From an uncultured Ruminococcus sp. (GTDB lineage Bacteria; Bacillota; Clostridia; Oscillospirales; Ruminococcaceae): a stretch of DNA of 29,156 bases. A model generated the notes under the pieces. It made no database searches and was not told where the DNA came from. It worked only from the letters and a program-made list of their open reading frames with translations. The position numbers and the translations under genes are program-made. The DNA lies in assembly GCA_946188175.1 (NCBI GenBank), contig CAMHUJ010000001.1, positions 1 through 29,156 of the forward strand, in the 5' to 3' direction. Numbering within the stretch: the stretch's first letter is position 1; each line of letters starts with the position of its first letter. This document shows positions 9,920-18,266 of the stretch, piece by piece.

Positions 9920-10294
9920 TTATTTGCTCGTGAAAAACTCAATCTCAAGATTGAGGTAGATCCGTCGAACAGCCGGATCCTCGTCAGACATGCGCTGTGC
10001 AAACGGCGTCCCTCGCTTGATCCACAGATAACCGCTATCTGTCTTGATCAGCTTTCCGCCAAGTCCGATATATTCGGCGATCTGTTGCATTTTCTCGACG
10101 ATCTCGCCCCAGCTCGTTGAACGCATCCACAACGACGCATTCTGCATGATCGGCTCGTCGAAGAATCCTTGCGGTGACGAATACGTGATATATTGCGACC
10201 GCGTTGCAAACGCATTATCCGGAACCGAATTCTCGTCAAACGCGTCCCAACCAAAACCGCGCCAGAAGCTTGTCAATGCCGCCTGTGCATTCAT
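9920..10294 (-). CDS. Tail terminator / tail completion protein
   Basis: 124 aa just upstream of the major tail protein; LWIKRGTPFAQRMSDEDPAVRRIYLN motif. Confidence 0.65.
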   Translation of the reverse strand: MNAQAALTSFWRGFGWDAFDENSVPDNAFATRSQYITYSSPQGFFDEPIMQNASLWMRSTSWGEIVEKMQQIAEYIGLGGKLIKTDSGYLWIKRGTPFAQRMSDEDPAVRRIYLNLEIEFFTSK

Positions 10295-10656
10295 AGCGTC
10301 GAAACCTCCCCGGGTATAGCGTATTCTTCAGCCGTGCAGACCCGCATGTTAATCGTCGCCGTGTCCGGAGTTTTTGCATCCCGCCCGTCAGACGTAACTC
10401 GGAACGTTTTTCCATCGCTCTTGCGCTCAAACATGTCAAACGGTTGCAACGTTTTCGATTTCCGTGTATGAACCGTGTACATGTTCTTCACGCCCTCCGA
10501 CATTCCGATCCGCGCCTGAACCGACGTGTCAAACGTTATCGCCGCTTCGAACGTCGCACCTCGCACGTAGGTCGTGATCTCGCCTCCGTAGCTGTCATTC
10601 ATGCTTATTTTATGAATCATCTGGCACGATTCCATTGCTGCATCGTAAAGGCTCAT
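10291..10656 (-). CDS. Head closure / head-tail adaptor protein
   Basis: 121 aa; DSYGGEITTYVRGATFEAAI...DGKTFRVTS pattern and position in the neck cluster. Confidence 0.65.
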   Translation of the reverse strand: MSLYDAAMESCQMIHKISMNDSYGGEITTYVRGATFEAAITFDTSVQARIGMSEGVKNMYTVHTRKSKTLQPFDMFERKSDGKTFRVTSDGRDAKTPDTATINMRVCTAEEYAIPGEVSTL

Positions 10657-10674
10657 TTTGACCTCCTCACGCGC

Positions 10675-11112
10675 TCACAGAGGCGATAATTTGCGGTAAG
10701 CGTTCAACTTATTCCGGAACTGATCCTTCCAAGTCCACGCCCCGCCGTATGCCGACGTCCCGCGGCTGTACGAATAGCCTCCGAACGATTCCGATTGATA
10801 CGGACCGGACAGACTTTCGGCATTCGCCGTTTGCCAGGCTTCGATTTCCTCACACAGCGCAAGGAAGTCCTTCGGAATGCGCATAGACCATACGCTCCCG
10901 AAGAACTCCTCGTCTGTAAGCTGCAGATCGTCAACTCCGCGCTGATACACGCCATCATTCAAGGCGCTGCCGACGATTCGATAATACTGCCCGACCCGCA
11001 CAAACGGAACCGGCGAAATCTCACCGTTCGCGATCGTGTAGTTTCCGGCATGCACATCGACGTCACGCTGGACAAAGTAATTTTTTACTTCGGCGCAGAT
11101 TTGTCCGATCAT
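10675..11112 (-). CDS. Head-tail connector protein
   Basis: 145 aa directly after the capsid gene; PYQSESFGGYSYS motif. Confidence 0.7.
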   Translation of the reverse strand: MIGQICAEVKNYFVQRDVDVHAGNYTIANGEISPVPFVRVGQYYRIVGSALNDGVYQRGVDDLQLTDEEFFGSVWSMRIPKDFLALCEEIEAWQTANAESLSGPYQSESFGGYSYSRGTSAYGGAWTWKDQFRNKLNAYRKLSPL

Positions 11113-11122
11113 ACAAGCCTCC

Positions 11123-12343
11123 TTATGCGTGGTTTACAACATCGACGCCGGTCGTTCTGGTATACAGCGTCTGACCGGAACCGTTCGTGATCGCCATGAC
11201 CATCTTGTGACCAGCGGTGAAGCCGGTGACATTGTCCGCAATGCCGGTCGACAGGACAGGGAAGATCTCCGTCCAGGAGTCATCAACCGCCGCCTTGTAT
11301 GCCGGAGTTGCCGGTGCGGTGCTCGCCTGCGCCTTAACGTAGAACTTCCAGTCGGACTTCAGCGTTGCCGGAGCAGTCACGGTGATCTTCGTACCGGCGG
11401 TCGTGCCAGCGCCACTGGTGAACGTTGCGGAACCAACGGAACCGGACGCTTCTACCTTGACAACCGCGATGCCGTCGATGTACTCCGCCCAGAGCTTCAT
11501 GCCCATGATCGCATAGGTTTCGCCGACCGCATGGCTGTAATAGTAGTCCATCTCGATCTCCGGGAAGTCTGTCAAACCGATCAGATTCGTTTCGCCGTCG
11601 GTCGTGTACTCAAGACCAAGCTGCGCGAATTCGCTGTCGCTCGGATCGATATAATACAGATCGATGTTCTCGATCGGGAGCGCGATCACGGTGCCGCTCG
11701 GAATATCGGTGTCGCCCATCAGGAACAGCGTGGAATAACCCATGAAGTCCTTGACATAGTTGATACCGAACTGCGTCTGCACAGAGATGCCCGCCGCGCC
11801 CAGATACGCATACGCATCGAGCAGATTTGCAAAGCCGACAACGTCGGTCGCCGTCTTGCGGATCTCCTGGAACTTGTTCAGCACAAGACCCTTCGCCATA
11901 GCAAGCGCCATCTGCCAGGTCGTCTGAATGTTGGTCAGCTCGCCGGTCTTGAGGAACGTATAGAACGACGTGAGAACTTCATTCTGCAGCTCGTTCCGGA
12001 ACGCCTCATCGGTTTTCTGCACTGCAACAGCGGCGCCATACTTCGCAACCGCCTCGATCGAAACAGCCTTCGCATACTTCTTGATCGTGACGTCATCGAA
12101 CACGACCGGAGTAACCTCCGCCTGCGAATACGGAATCTCATCTCCCTCAGAAACTGCGCCGCTCTGAAGCGTAACCTTCGCCTTGTTTGCGACCAGCTTC
12201 GTACCAGGTGCCTTGCGAATCGCTCTGGTAATGCCCAGGATCTGCTGGAGCGCCTGCCAGTTCTGCCCGAATACCGTGACAAAGTCCTGTTCACGGATCG
12301 AAGCACTGATATTAGCCTGTTTGGTCAGTCTATCTTTTGCCAT
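11123..12343 (-). CDS. Major capsid protein with C-terminal accessory domain
   Basis: 406 aa; GEIPYS...KKYAKAVSIEAV...ENIDLYYIDP...AEYIDGIAV core plus ~110-aa extension; strong codon bias. Confidence 0.9.
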   Translation of the reverse strand: MAKDRLTKQANISASIREQDFVTVFGQNWQALQQILGITRAIRKAPGTKLVANKAKVTLQSGAVSEGDEIPYSQAEVTPVVFDDVTIKKYAKAVSIEAVAKYGAAVAVQKTDEAFRNELQNEVLTSFYTFLKTGELTNIQTTWQMALAMAKGLVLNKFQEIRKTATDVVGFANLLDAYAYLGAAGISVQTQFGINYVKDFMGYSTLFLMGDTDIPSGTVIALPIENIDLYYIDPSDSEFAQLGLEYTTDGETNLIGLTDFPEIEMDYYYSHAVGETYAIMGMKLWAEYIDGIAVVKVEASGSVGSATFTSGAGTTAGTKITVTAPATLKSDWKFYVKAQASTAPATPAYKAAVDDSWTEIFPVLSTGIADNVTGFTAGHKMVMAITNGSGQTLYTRTTGVDVVNHA

Positions 12344-12376
12344 ATTATTTTCCTTTCTGCCTTTCGGCTCTTTATT

Positions 12377-12436
12377 TTATGGATCGTCTGCCAGTGCTTC
12401 GGCTGCGGTTCTTCGCTGATCCTTGTGTACGGTCAT
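12377..12436 (-). CDS. Possible 19-aa mini-ORF MTVHKDQRRTAAEALADDP
   Basis: AGGAG RBS 6 nt upstream of ATG at 12436; TAA at 12379-12377. Confidence 0.25.
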   Translation of the reverse strand: MTVHKDQRRTAAEALADDP

Positions 12437-12493
12437 TTCGTTCTCCTATGCTGCGATAATATCGCATACGGTCATACGCTCACCGTCATGGGG

Positions 12494-12892
12494 TTATTGA
12501 GCGTTAGATGCGGGATAACCGCTTGCTGATGTAGCGACATATGACCGCATAATGTTTTCATTGGGCTGTGGTTCTGCGAAAGTGACGATAAAATCTCCGT
12601 CTTCCTCAAAAACAGCGACTAAAATCCTGTAACCACCATCTCCGTCAGTTTGCCACACAAGAGGAGCAGAATCATGAATCTCTTGCCATGTCTTGTCGAG
12701 CGTGCCGTCCACCTCATGCACCACAAGCGCACCGCCGCCCGAACCGCCGCCGGAACCCTGCGCGATCTTATACAGATATTTTTCGATTCGCGTCTCCGGC
12801 TCGTCAAGCGTAATGCCTTCGACACCGGCAGCCGCCGCCAGGAATCGCTCAAGCCGTGTCTCCGGAGCGTCAAGCGTGATTTCGTCAGTCAT
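12494..12892 (-). CDS. Putative head decoration / head fibre protein
   Basis: 132 aa between scaffold and capsid; duplicated ITLD(A/E)PETR(L/I)E(R/K)(F/Y)L motif, Gly linker, TLDKTWQEI domain. Confidence 0.5.
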   Translation of the reverse strand: MTDEITLDAPETRLERFLAAAAGVEGITLDEPETRIEKYLYKIAQGSGGGSGGGALVVHEVDGTLDKTWQEIHDSAPLVWQTDGDGGYRILVAVFEEDGDFIVTFAEPQPNENIMRSYVATSASGYPASNAQ

Positions 12893-12895
12893 GGT

Positions 12896-13504
12896 TTATT
12901 CCTTTCCGGACGCTTCAATCTTCGCAAGCTCCTGCATTCGCTGAACAGCATCGAGCTTGTATCTGCCCTTATCGTCCTTAGCATAGATCTCTTCTCTCGT
13001 TTTCAGAACCGAGCCACCATTCGCCGGAGGATTGACCGGATCCGCGCCTTTTGTCGATTCGGACACAATCAGCCCCTTGTAATCACCGGCGATCAGCGCA
13101 TCAAGCGCCTTTGTATCCTTGATCTTGTCACCGTCCAGCTCCAGCGCAGAGATCTCGTCCTTCGCACCGCGCATAGCGATCTCAAGGTTCCCGCCCTTGA
13201 TGCCCTTCGCTTCGAAATAGGCACGACCGGCCTTTGTTTTGGCCGCTGCGATTTCCTTTTCGGTGACGTCCTTCTTGTACGCGTCAAACTCACCCTTGAG
13301 CTTGTCATACTCGGACTTGTAGTCCTTGCCGCCCTTCGATGCTTCAAGCTGTTTCTTGACCTCATCGTAATCGGCTGCCTTCTCCTCCGCGATCCGGATC
13401 TTTTCCTTCAGACCGTCCACGGTGTCCGTGTGCATTTCCACGATCGAATCGACCTGTTCGTCGGTCAAGCCCATCGCCTTCAGCGCTTTTCTTGTCAAAG
13501 CCAT
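12896..13504 (-). CDS. Capsid scaffolding protein
   Basis: 202 aa; MALTRKALKAMGLTDEQVDSIVEMH start, coiled coil, GADPVNPPANGG near the C-terminus. Confidence 0.85.
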   Translation of the reverse strand: MALTRKALKAMGLTDEQVDSIVEMHTDTVDGLKEKIRIAEEKAADYDEVKKQLEASKGGKDYKSEYDKLKGEFDAYKKDVTEKEIAAAKTKAGRAYFEAKGIKGGNLEIAMRGAKDEISALELDGDKIKDTKALDALIAGDYKGLIVSESTKGADPVNPPANGGSVLKTREEIYAKDDKGRYKLDAVQRMQELAKIEASGKE

Positions 13505-13555
13505 AACTATCTCCTTTTCTTCGGTCAGCTTGCTCGCTGATTAGATTTCAAATTC

Positions 13556-13584
13556 AGTATATTCGACCTTTCTGCATTTGTCAA
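13556..13584 (-). promoter_or_regulatory. SigA-type promoter for scaffold-capsid genes
   Basis: TTGACA (13584-13579), 17-nt spacer, TATACT (13561-13556). Confidence 0.75.
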
Positions 13585-13907
13585 GACTTCAATGCGTTTC
13601 TTGCAATCGTCTGATACTCAAATCCGTGATTTTCAGCCGCCGGTCTCAAATACGGTTGTGCTTTCTGCCGAGATGTGCCGAGCTCAACATAAGCAGCGTA
13701 CTCGACGTTGCTGCCGATGATAGCACATTGCTCTTTCATGTCGACCTCGTGCGTGATGCTGTTTCGCAACCGACCGGTGTCAACCGGACACAGTTGCTTT
13801 GCATACGTTTCAGCCGTCATGCCGATCGCGATCAGAGCCGCCTCGATCTGCTCCGGCAACGCATCGAGGAATATGTCCAGATTCGAATCGAACGTTACGT
13901 CAGCCAT
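13581..13907 (-). CDS. HK97 gp10-like tail-component protein
   Basis: 108 aa; CPVDTGRLRNSI...YAAYVELGTSRQKAQPYLRPA motif. Confidence 0.85.
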   Translation of the reverse strand: MADVTFDSNLDIFLDALPEQIEAALIAIGMTAETYAKQLCPVDTGRLRNSITHEVDMKEQCAIIGSNVEYAAYVELGTSRQKAQPYLRPAAENHGFEYQTIARNALKS

Positions 13908-13908
13908 T

Positions 13909-14877
13909 TTATCCGCCTCTTTTCAAAAGGATTTTACCGTCGCTCGTTACGACAGCACGATCGCGCTCCGGAGCATGGACCCTCAGGCTCGCAAACGAAA
14001 CGACCTTATAGCCAAGCGTGCACCGGCAGTTGTAGACCTCCTCCGGTTCTCCGTTCGGATCCCCAGGATATTCAAGCCCGTTCGAGAACTTCTCGTCCGG
14101 ATCAATCTGCTCGCCGTCAAGTTCGAGATGACTGTCACGCGTCCGATCGTCTTTTGTCGAGATCCAAATCTTCTGCGTGTGCACGCCTTTCTCCTCGGCT
14201 TCTTCGATCATATCCATCCGACCTTTGTTCTCTGCACTCGTGACCGTCGTCCTCGCATTCCGGATAGCGCTCGTTTTATTCATGCCGAGAACGTTCCAGA
14301 GGCGATTTGCAATGTTCGGCATACTGTCCCCTTGCAGAATCCCTTGCAAAACTTCGGAATTGACCTTCTGCGTGTTCCAGCGCACGTCCTTCACCCCGTC
14401 GATCACCTTGTACGGCAGCAGCGTTTTATCTGACAGCGCCAGGTTCCGGATTGTCGAAGCGTCGACCAACTCAAACGAATATCCTCTCAAGTTGCTGCTG
14501 ACCCGCGCTGCGACCGCATTATAATTCCGCGCATACACCTCCGGCAGTTTACCGTTGACATATGCAGCAGCCGTTTGATTGACGCGGTTGATCTCCTTTG
14601 CGAGGTCGTTCGTCAGCTCCTTATAATGCGAATCGGTGATCGTCAGCTCTTTCTTTGCTTTCGACAACCGGATCCCCGCACGCTTGATCGCCTCCTTGTC
14701 ACTGGACGCCTTTGCAGCATCATACGCCTTTTGAGCTTCCTCAACACGCTTTCCGACCGATGCCATATAATCACGCCACTTTTCGCCAACCTCTTTTTCT
14801 GCGCGACGATAAATCCGCTCAAGCTCTCGCTCCAGCTTCTCGATCTCTTTGTCCGTCCAAGCGTGCGCCGCGTCCAT
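13909..14877 (-). CDS. Minor capsid / head morphogenesis protein (MuF, SPP1 gp7-like)
   Basis: 322 aa after the portal; KIWISTKDDRTRDSH...YPGDP...EVYNCRC motif. Confidence 0.9.
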   Translation of the reverse strand: MDAAHAWTDKEIEKLERELERIYRRAEKEVGEKWRDYMASVGKRVEEAQKAYDAAKASSDKEAIKRAGIRLSKAKKELTITDSHYKELTNDLAKEINRVNQTAAAYVNGKLPEVYARNYNAVAARVSSNLRGYSFELVDASTIRNLALSDKTLLPYKVIDGVKDVRWNTQKVNSEVLQGILQGDSMPNIANRLWNVLGMNKTSAIRNARTTVTSAENKGRMDMIEEAEEKGVHTQKIWISTKDDRTRDSHLELDGEQIDPDEKFSNGLEYPGDPNGEPEEVYNCRCTLGYKVVSFASLRVHAPERDRAVVTSDGKILLKRGG

Positions 14878-16280
14878 TATTCAGCGACCTCCTCCGGCGC
14901 CGGTTCCGGCTCCTGTTCCGGCTCTGGTTCTTCTCTCGCATACCGCGACGCGTCCTCCTCCAGCCGGTCCCTCATGACGGCATCGACCGCGTCAACGTCG
15001 CCCATGATAGTCAGCAGCTTCTTCGTCGTGTATTTCTCCGACGTGTATTCCGCGGCCTGCAGCACGTTCTGTATTTCCTCGTTCTTATTGATGATCGTAT
15101 CGCGCTGATAAGACGGATCATCATCAACACCGAGCAGTTTCAGCAGCCCCTTTACAAAGGTTGTGACGCACGTCTCCAGCATTGACGCCTTAATATTCAT
15201 CGGCTCGTATGCCGCCTCGATCTGCGTCGCCGTTGCAGCACCGGACGCGATATTCTTGACATCCAATGCCATGAAATCGTCGAATAGCTGACTGCGCAAC
15301 CTCTCAAGCGACGTCTCCGACGCCTGGAATGGCACGTCGACCTGTTGCGGGGTGATCGACTGCCCGTCATCCGTGTGCGCGACGTGGATCGTTTTCAGAC
15401 GGTCAAGAAACGCCTGATCATCAGCCGCATTCATTCCGTCAGCGTTTTGAATAATCCAGTAAATCAAGGCGCCGTCGCTGACATTGTTGACGAGCTGCGA
15501 CAGCATCAGGTCATAAGCATCAAGCGTCGCTTTACGTCCGACCAGCTCACTCTGCCGGTTCACGTTGAAAAGCGGAACGATCGGCAGCGTCGCCCAGTTC
15601 TCACCGGACAGAATCTCCGGTCCGGACACCTCCGATTGACCGATGTTCAGCTTATACGGACGCTTCTCTTGCAGCACGGTCATCTCATCCGCCTTTCGTT
15701 TGATGTACTCCGTGAATCCGTCCGGCTCAAACAGCGTCGCACGCAGCGGTTTCGTGTTGTCAATCTGCCAATACCGGACACCCGCCATCAGCGCACCATT
15801 CTCCTCATCATACAGCGGAGCAAAGGAAACCTCGCCGTCAGTCCCGCAGATCGGAAGCACCTCGACGTGATCCACGTTCAAGAAACCGAATGCAGCTCCG
15901 GCGTTCAGCGCCTTAATCGCGATCATCTGCACAATATGGTCGAACTGAGCACCGCCCAGCTTGTCCTTTGTCGTGGAATCCTTGAAACTGATACCGTTTG
16001 CCAGCAGATACATGACCGTCTGCGATATGAAATAGTAATAATACCGACACGGAATCTTGTGATTCGCCGCGATCGGATCCAGCTGCGCACGCCCCAGCGC
16101 ATCATACATGATCTTCTCCGCGTTCATGATGGTCGGATTCAACCCACGGAAATACAGATTCGCGTCCTTTGCGATCCTAAATAGCTCGCTGCCCTCATGC
16201 TGCTGGATCACCTGTTGAATGAATGCCATCCGGTCAGCTTCGCGCTCACCAACCGCCAGCAGATCCTGATATGTTTTCAT
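14877..16280 (-). CDS. Portal protein (SPP1-like)
   Basis: 467 aa directly after TerL; typical size and motifs (IDAYD-like LDAYDLMLS, ATQIEAAY). Confidence 0.9.
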   Translation of the reverse strand: MKTYQDLLAVGEREADRMAFIQQVIQQHEGSELFRIAKDANLYFRGLNPTIMNAEKIMYDALGRAQLDPIAANHKIPCRYYYYFISQTVMYLLANGISFKDSTTKDKLGGAQFDHIVQMIAIKALNAGAAFGFLNVDHVEVLPICGTDGEVSFAPLYDEENGALMAGVRYWQIDNTKPLRATLFEPDGFTEYIKRKADEMTVLQEKRPYKLNIGQSEVSGPEILSGENWATLPIVPLFNVNRQSELVGRKATLDAYDLMLSQLVNNVSDGALIYWIIQNADGMNAADDQAFLDRLKTIHVAHTDDGQSITPQQVDVPFQASETSLERLRSQLFDDFMALDVKNIASGAATATQIEAAYEPMNIKASMLETCVTTFVKGLLKLLGVDDDPSYQRDTIINKNEEIQNVLQAAEYTSEKYTTKKLLTIMGDVDAVDAVMRDRLEEDASRYAREEPEPEQEPEPAPEEVAE

Positions 16281-17530
16281 CAGTACACACCTCCAAAGAC
16301 AGATTTGTAACCACCGGAATCGGTGTCTTTGTTCTTTTTCTTTCGAATCATGCTTGCCAAGCTGTCTGGAGCATCGTCATGGTCCGCGTTCTCGTTGAAA
16401 TCGCAGATCTGGTCAATGTACTCATCATCGGTTCCGTCCACAAACACCACGTTCTTCCACTCGCCCTTCAAGTGCGTCACGATCTTCATGTACTTATTCT
16501 CCGATTCGTGATAGCTGACAGCCCGAAGCCCCTTATTTTTCAGGTCTTTTGCCAAATATCCCTTGTCGGCGTTATCTTCACAATAGACTTTACCACACAA
16601 ATATCGCGAATACAAGTCTATAATTTGAGGTTCAACGGCATCAACCGCCTTTTGCCACATCTTCCCAAGCACATAATGCTTTCCTCCGGCGTTCCGCATG
16701 ATCGTCATCGCCGTGTAGTCCTCGCCACCATACGCCGCATCGATGTGCATCTCGCCCTGCTCGACCGGGTCGGTAAATATAACATCGTCGTCTGCAATGA
16801 TTTTCAGCTCATAGTTACAAGCAAACAAAGCCGCAGTCATCGAAGCCCGCAGCTTTTCTATCTTTTCGTCCGACAAAAGCCCTGTCTTTTTGTAATCGTA
16901 AACGTGGATATTGTCCATCAAAGTGAACACGTCGTCCTTGTGCCACTTTGTCCCAAGGTTTATAATCCGCCCTCCTGGATTCCGAATGTTCTGCAATTCC
17001 TGATACTGTAACTTCGTCTTTTCGCGTTCAGCGCGGCTTGTTCTGTCTGTCACGTTACAAATATCGTCAGTTATCACAATCGTAGCATGCTTGCCAGTAA
17101 TTGACGACTTCAAACCGATACCGAGCAACTGCGGAGAACCCATCGGCGAAGTCCATAAATTTGTGCTTATATTGTCCGCCGCGCTTTTTACAATCGACAA
17201 ATGACAGTTATGCGACAAAAAGCAGATGTCGTCCAAAACCGGAAGCGATAGTACCTTTTTAACCATGCCGATCATCTCGGTCACGTCATTGTCAGCTTTG
17301 CGCAGAAATATGATATTGTCGGTCGGTTGAAATACCATCAAAAGAGCGATAGCCACGGCAAGGCAAGAGGACTTGTAGCCGCCTCGGTGCGCCATCAAGG
17401 TATAATCTCCATCTCCGAAAACCATTTCCCTGATCCAATCACCGTGTACTGGTTTCAAGTCCTTAAATCCAACTGCAATCCCTATACATTCGGGACGCTC
17501 ATATATCAGCCGTGCAACATCTTCCGTCAT
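16280..17530 (-). CDS. terL: Terminase large subunit
   Basis: 416 aa; Walker A-like AHRGGYKSS, IITDDI Walker B, HIDAAYGG and HDDAPDS nuclease motifs. Confidence 0.92.
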   Translation of the reverse strand: MTEDVARLIYERPECIGIAVGFKDLKPVHGDWIREMVFGDGDYTLMAHRGGYKSSCLAVAIALLMVFQPTDNIIFLRKADNDVTEMIGMVKKVLSLPVLDDICFLSHNCHLSIVKSAADNISTNLWTSPMGSPQLLGIGLKSSITGKHATIVITDDICNVTDRTSRAEREKTKLQYQELQNIRNPGGRIINLGTKWHKDDVFTLMDNIHVYDYKKTGLLSDEKIEKLRASMTAALFACNYELKIIADDDVIFTDPVEQGEMHIDAAYGGEDYTAMTIMRNAGGKHYVLGKMWQKAVDAVEPQIIDLYSRYLCGKVYCEDNADKGYLAKDLKNKGLRAVSYHESENKYMKIVTHLKGEWKNVVFVDGTDDEYIDQICDFNENADHDDAPDSLASMIRKKKNKDTDSGGYKSVFGGVY

Positions 17531-17883
17531 TCTTTCTTGATGCTTTCAAACAAACTTCGCAAGCGAGCTGCCGATTCCTCCACGTTCATTTCCGCTTTCA
17601 TCTCCAACTTATCGACCGGCTTCTCTCCGATCGTGTCTCTGATCGTCTCGAACGCCCTTGCAACGCTTCCGGCATTATTCCCTTCCGTCGCTTCATTGAT
17701 CAACGCAGCGGCAACCGACCTCTGAACATCCTCGTTTTCGAGCATCAAAAGCAGCTCCTCTTTCAAGGTCTTGCGTCTGCGCTTCGCCTCTCCGGACGCG
17801 ATCCCTCCCTTTCGACCATTTTCCACGGCTTTTTCTCGGCTTTGATCGCTCGTAAATGGCTTCAAATTCTGCTCACTCGGCAT
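17527..17883 (-). CDS. terS: Terminase small subunit
   Basis: 118 aa; QNLKPF...NGRKGGIASGEAKRRRK motif; stop overlaps the TerL start. Confidence 0.8.
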   Translation of the reverse strand: MPSEQNLKPFTSDQSREKAVENGRKGGIASGEAKRRRKTLKEELLLMLENEDVQRSVAAALINEATEGNNAGSVARAFETIRDTIGEKPVDKLEMKAEMNVEESAARLRSLFESIKKE

Positions 17884-17950
17884 AATAACACCTCATTTCA
17901 TACGGCTTCAACGCCGTCACCGGCAAATACTCGATTTTCAGGTCAGTCAT
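17873..17950 (-). pseudogene. Remnant of a ParB-N / DNA methylase-type gene (25 aa)
   Basis: AAGGAGGT RBS; MTDLKIEYLPVTALKPYE then MRCYYAE* reading through the terS RBS. Confidence 0.5.
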
Positions 17951-18224
17951 TTGTTACCTCCTTAATAGCAAGGGCAGCATATCCTTCTTGCAGACCATAT
18001 CCGTGCAAAACATAAGTAATCTCATATTCACGATCCGCAACCGGATGCGATACTTTTTCGTCTCCATGCGGAAATTCAAGATAAGGTCCTCCAAGAACCG
18101 GAACAAACCGTATGCGATCTCCTTTCTGATAGCATCGATCATCTTTCCTGATCTCAAACGTCTTTTCTCCATTCAGCACGGCGTCGCAAAACTCTATCTT
18201 CAGTTTTATCCTATGGATCTTCAT
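17943..18224 (-). CDS. DUF3850 / ASCH-like domain protein
   Basis: 93 aa; IHRIKLKIEFCDAVLNGEKTFEIRKDDRCYQKGD...EITYVL...GLQEGYAAL. Confidence 0.85.
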   Translation of the reverse strand: MKIHRIKLKIEFCDAVLNGEKTFEIRKDDRCYQKGDRIRFVPVLGGPYLEFPHGDEKVSHPVADREYEITYVLHGYGLQEGYAALAIKEVTND

Positions 18225-18236
18225 ATTTCCACCTCC

Positions 18237-18265
18237 ACAATATCACATTTTTCTTGTCAAGTCAA
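18237..18265 (-). promoter_or_regulatory. SigA-type promoter for DUF3850-terminase genes, directly after the tRNA CCA end
   Basis: TTGACT (18265-18260), 17 nt, TG-n-TATTGT (18242-18237); an overlapping TTGACA lies 5 nt downstream. Confidence 0.55.
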
Positions 18266-18266
18266 A

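Noticed and set aside
11552-11575. TTGACA inside the capsid gene as an internal promoter
   Set aside because: No -10 element at 16-18 nt spacing.
11129-12529. 466-aa plus-strand ORF
   Set aside because: Antisense shadow of the codon-biased capsid gene; no RBS or recognisable domain.
12650-13540. 296-aa plus-strand ORF and similar ORFs opposite the portal, terminase and tape measure genes
   Set aside because: Shadow ORFs of highly biased structural genes.
13909-14877. MuF polymorphic toxin
   Set aside because: No C-terminal toxin domain and no downstream immunity gene; the next gene is the gp10-like structural gene.
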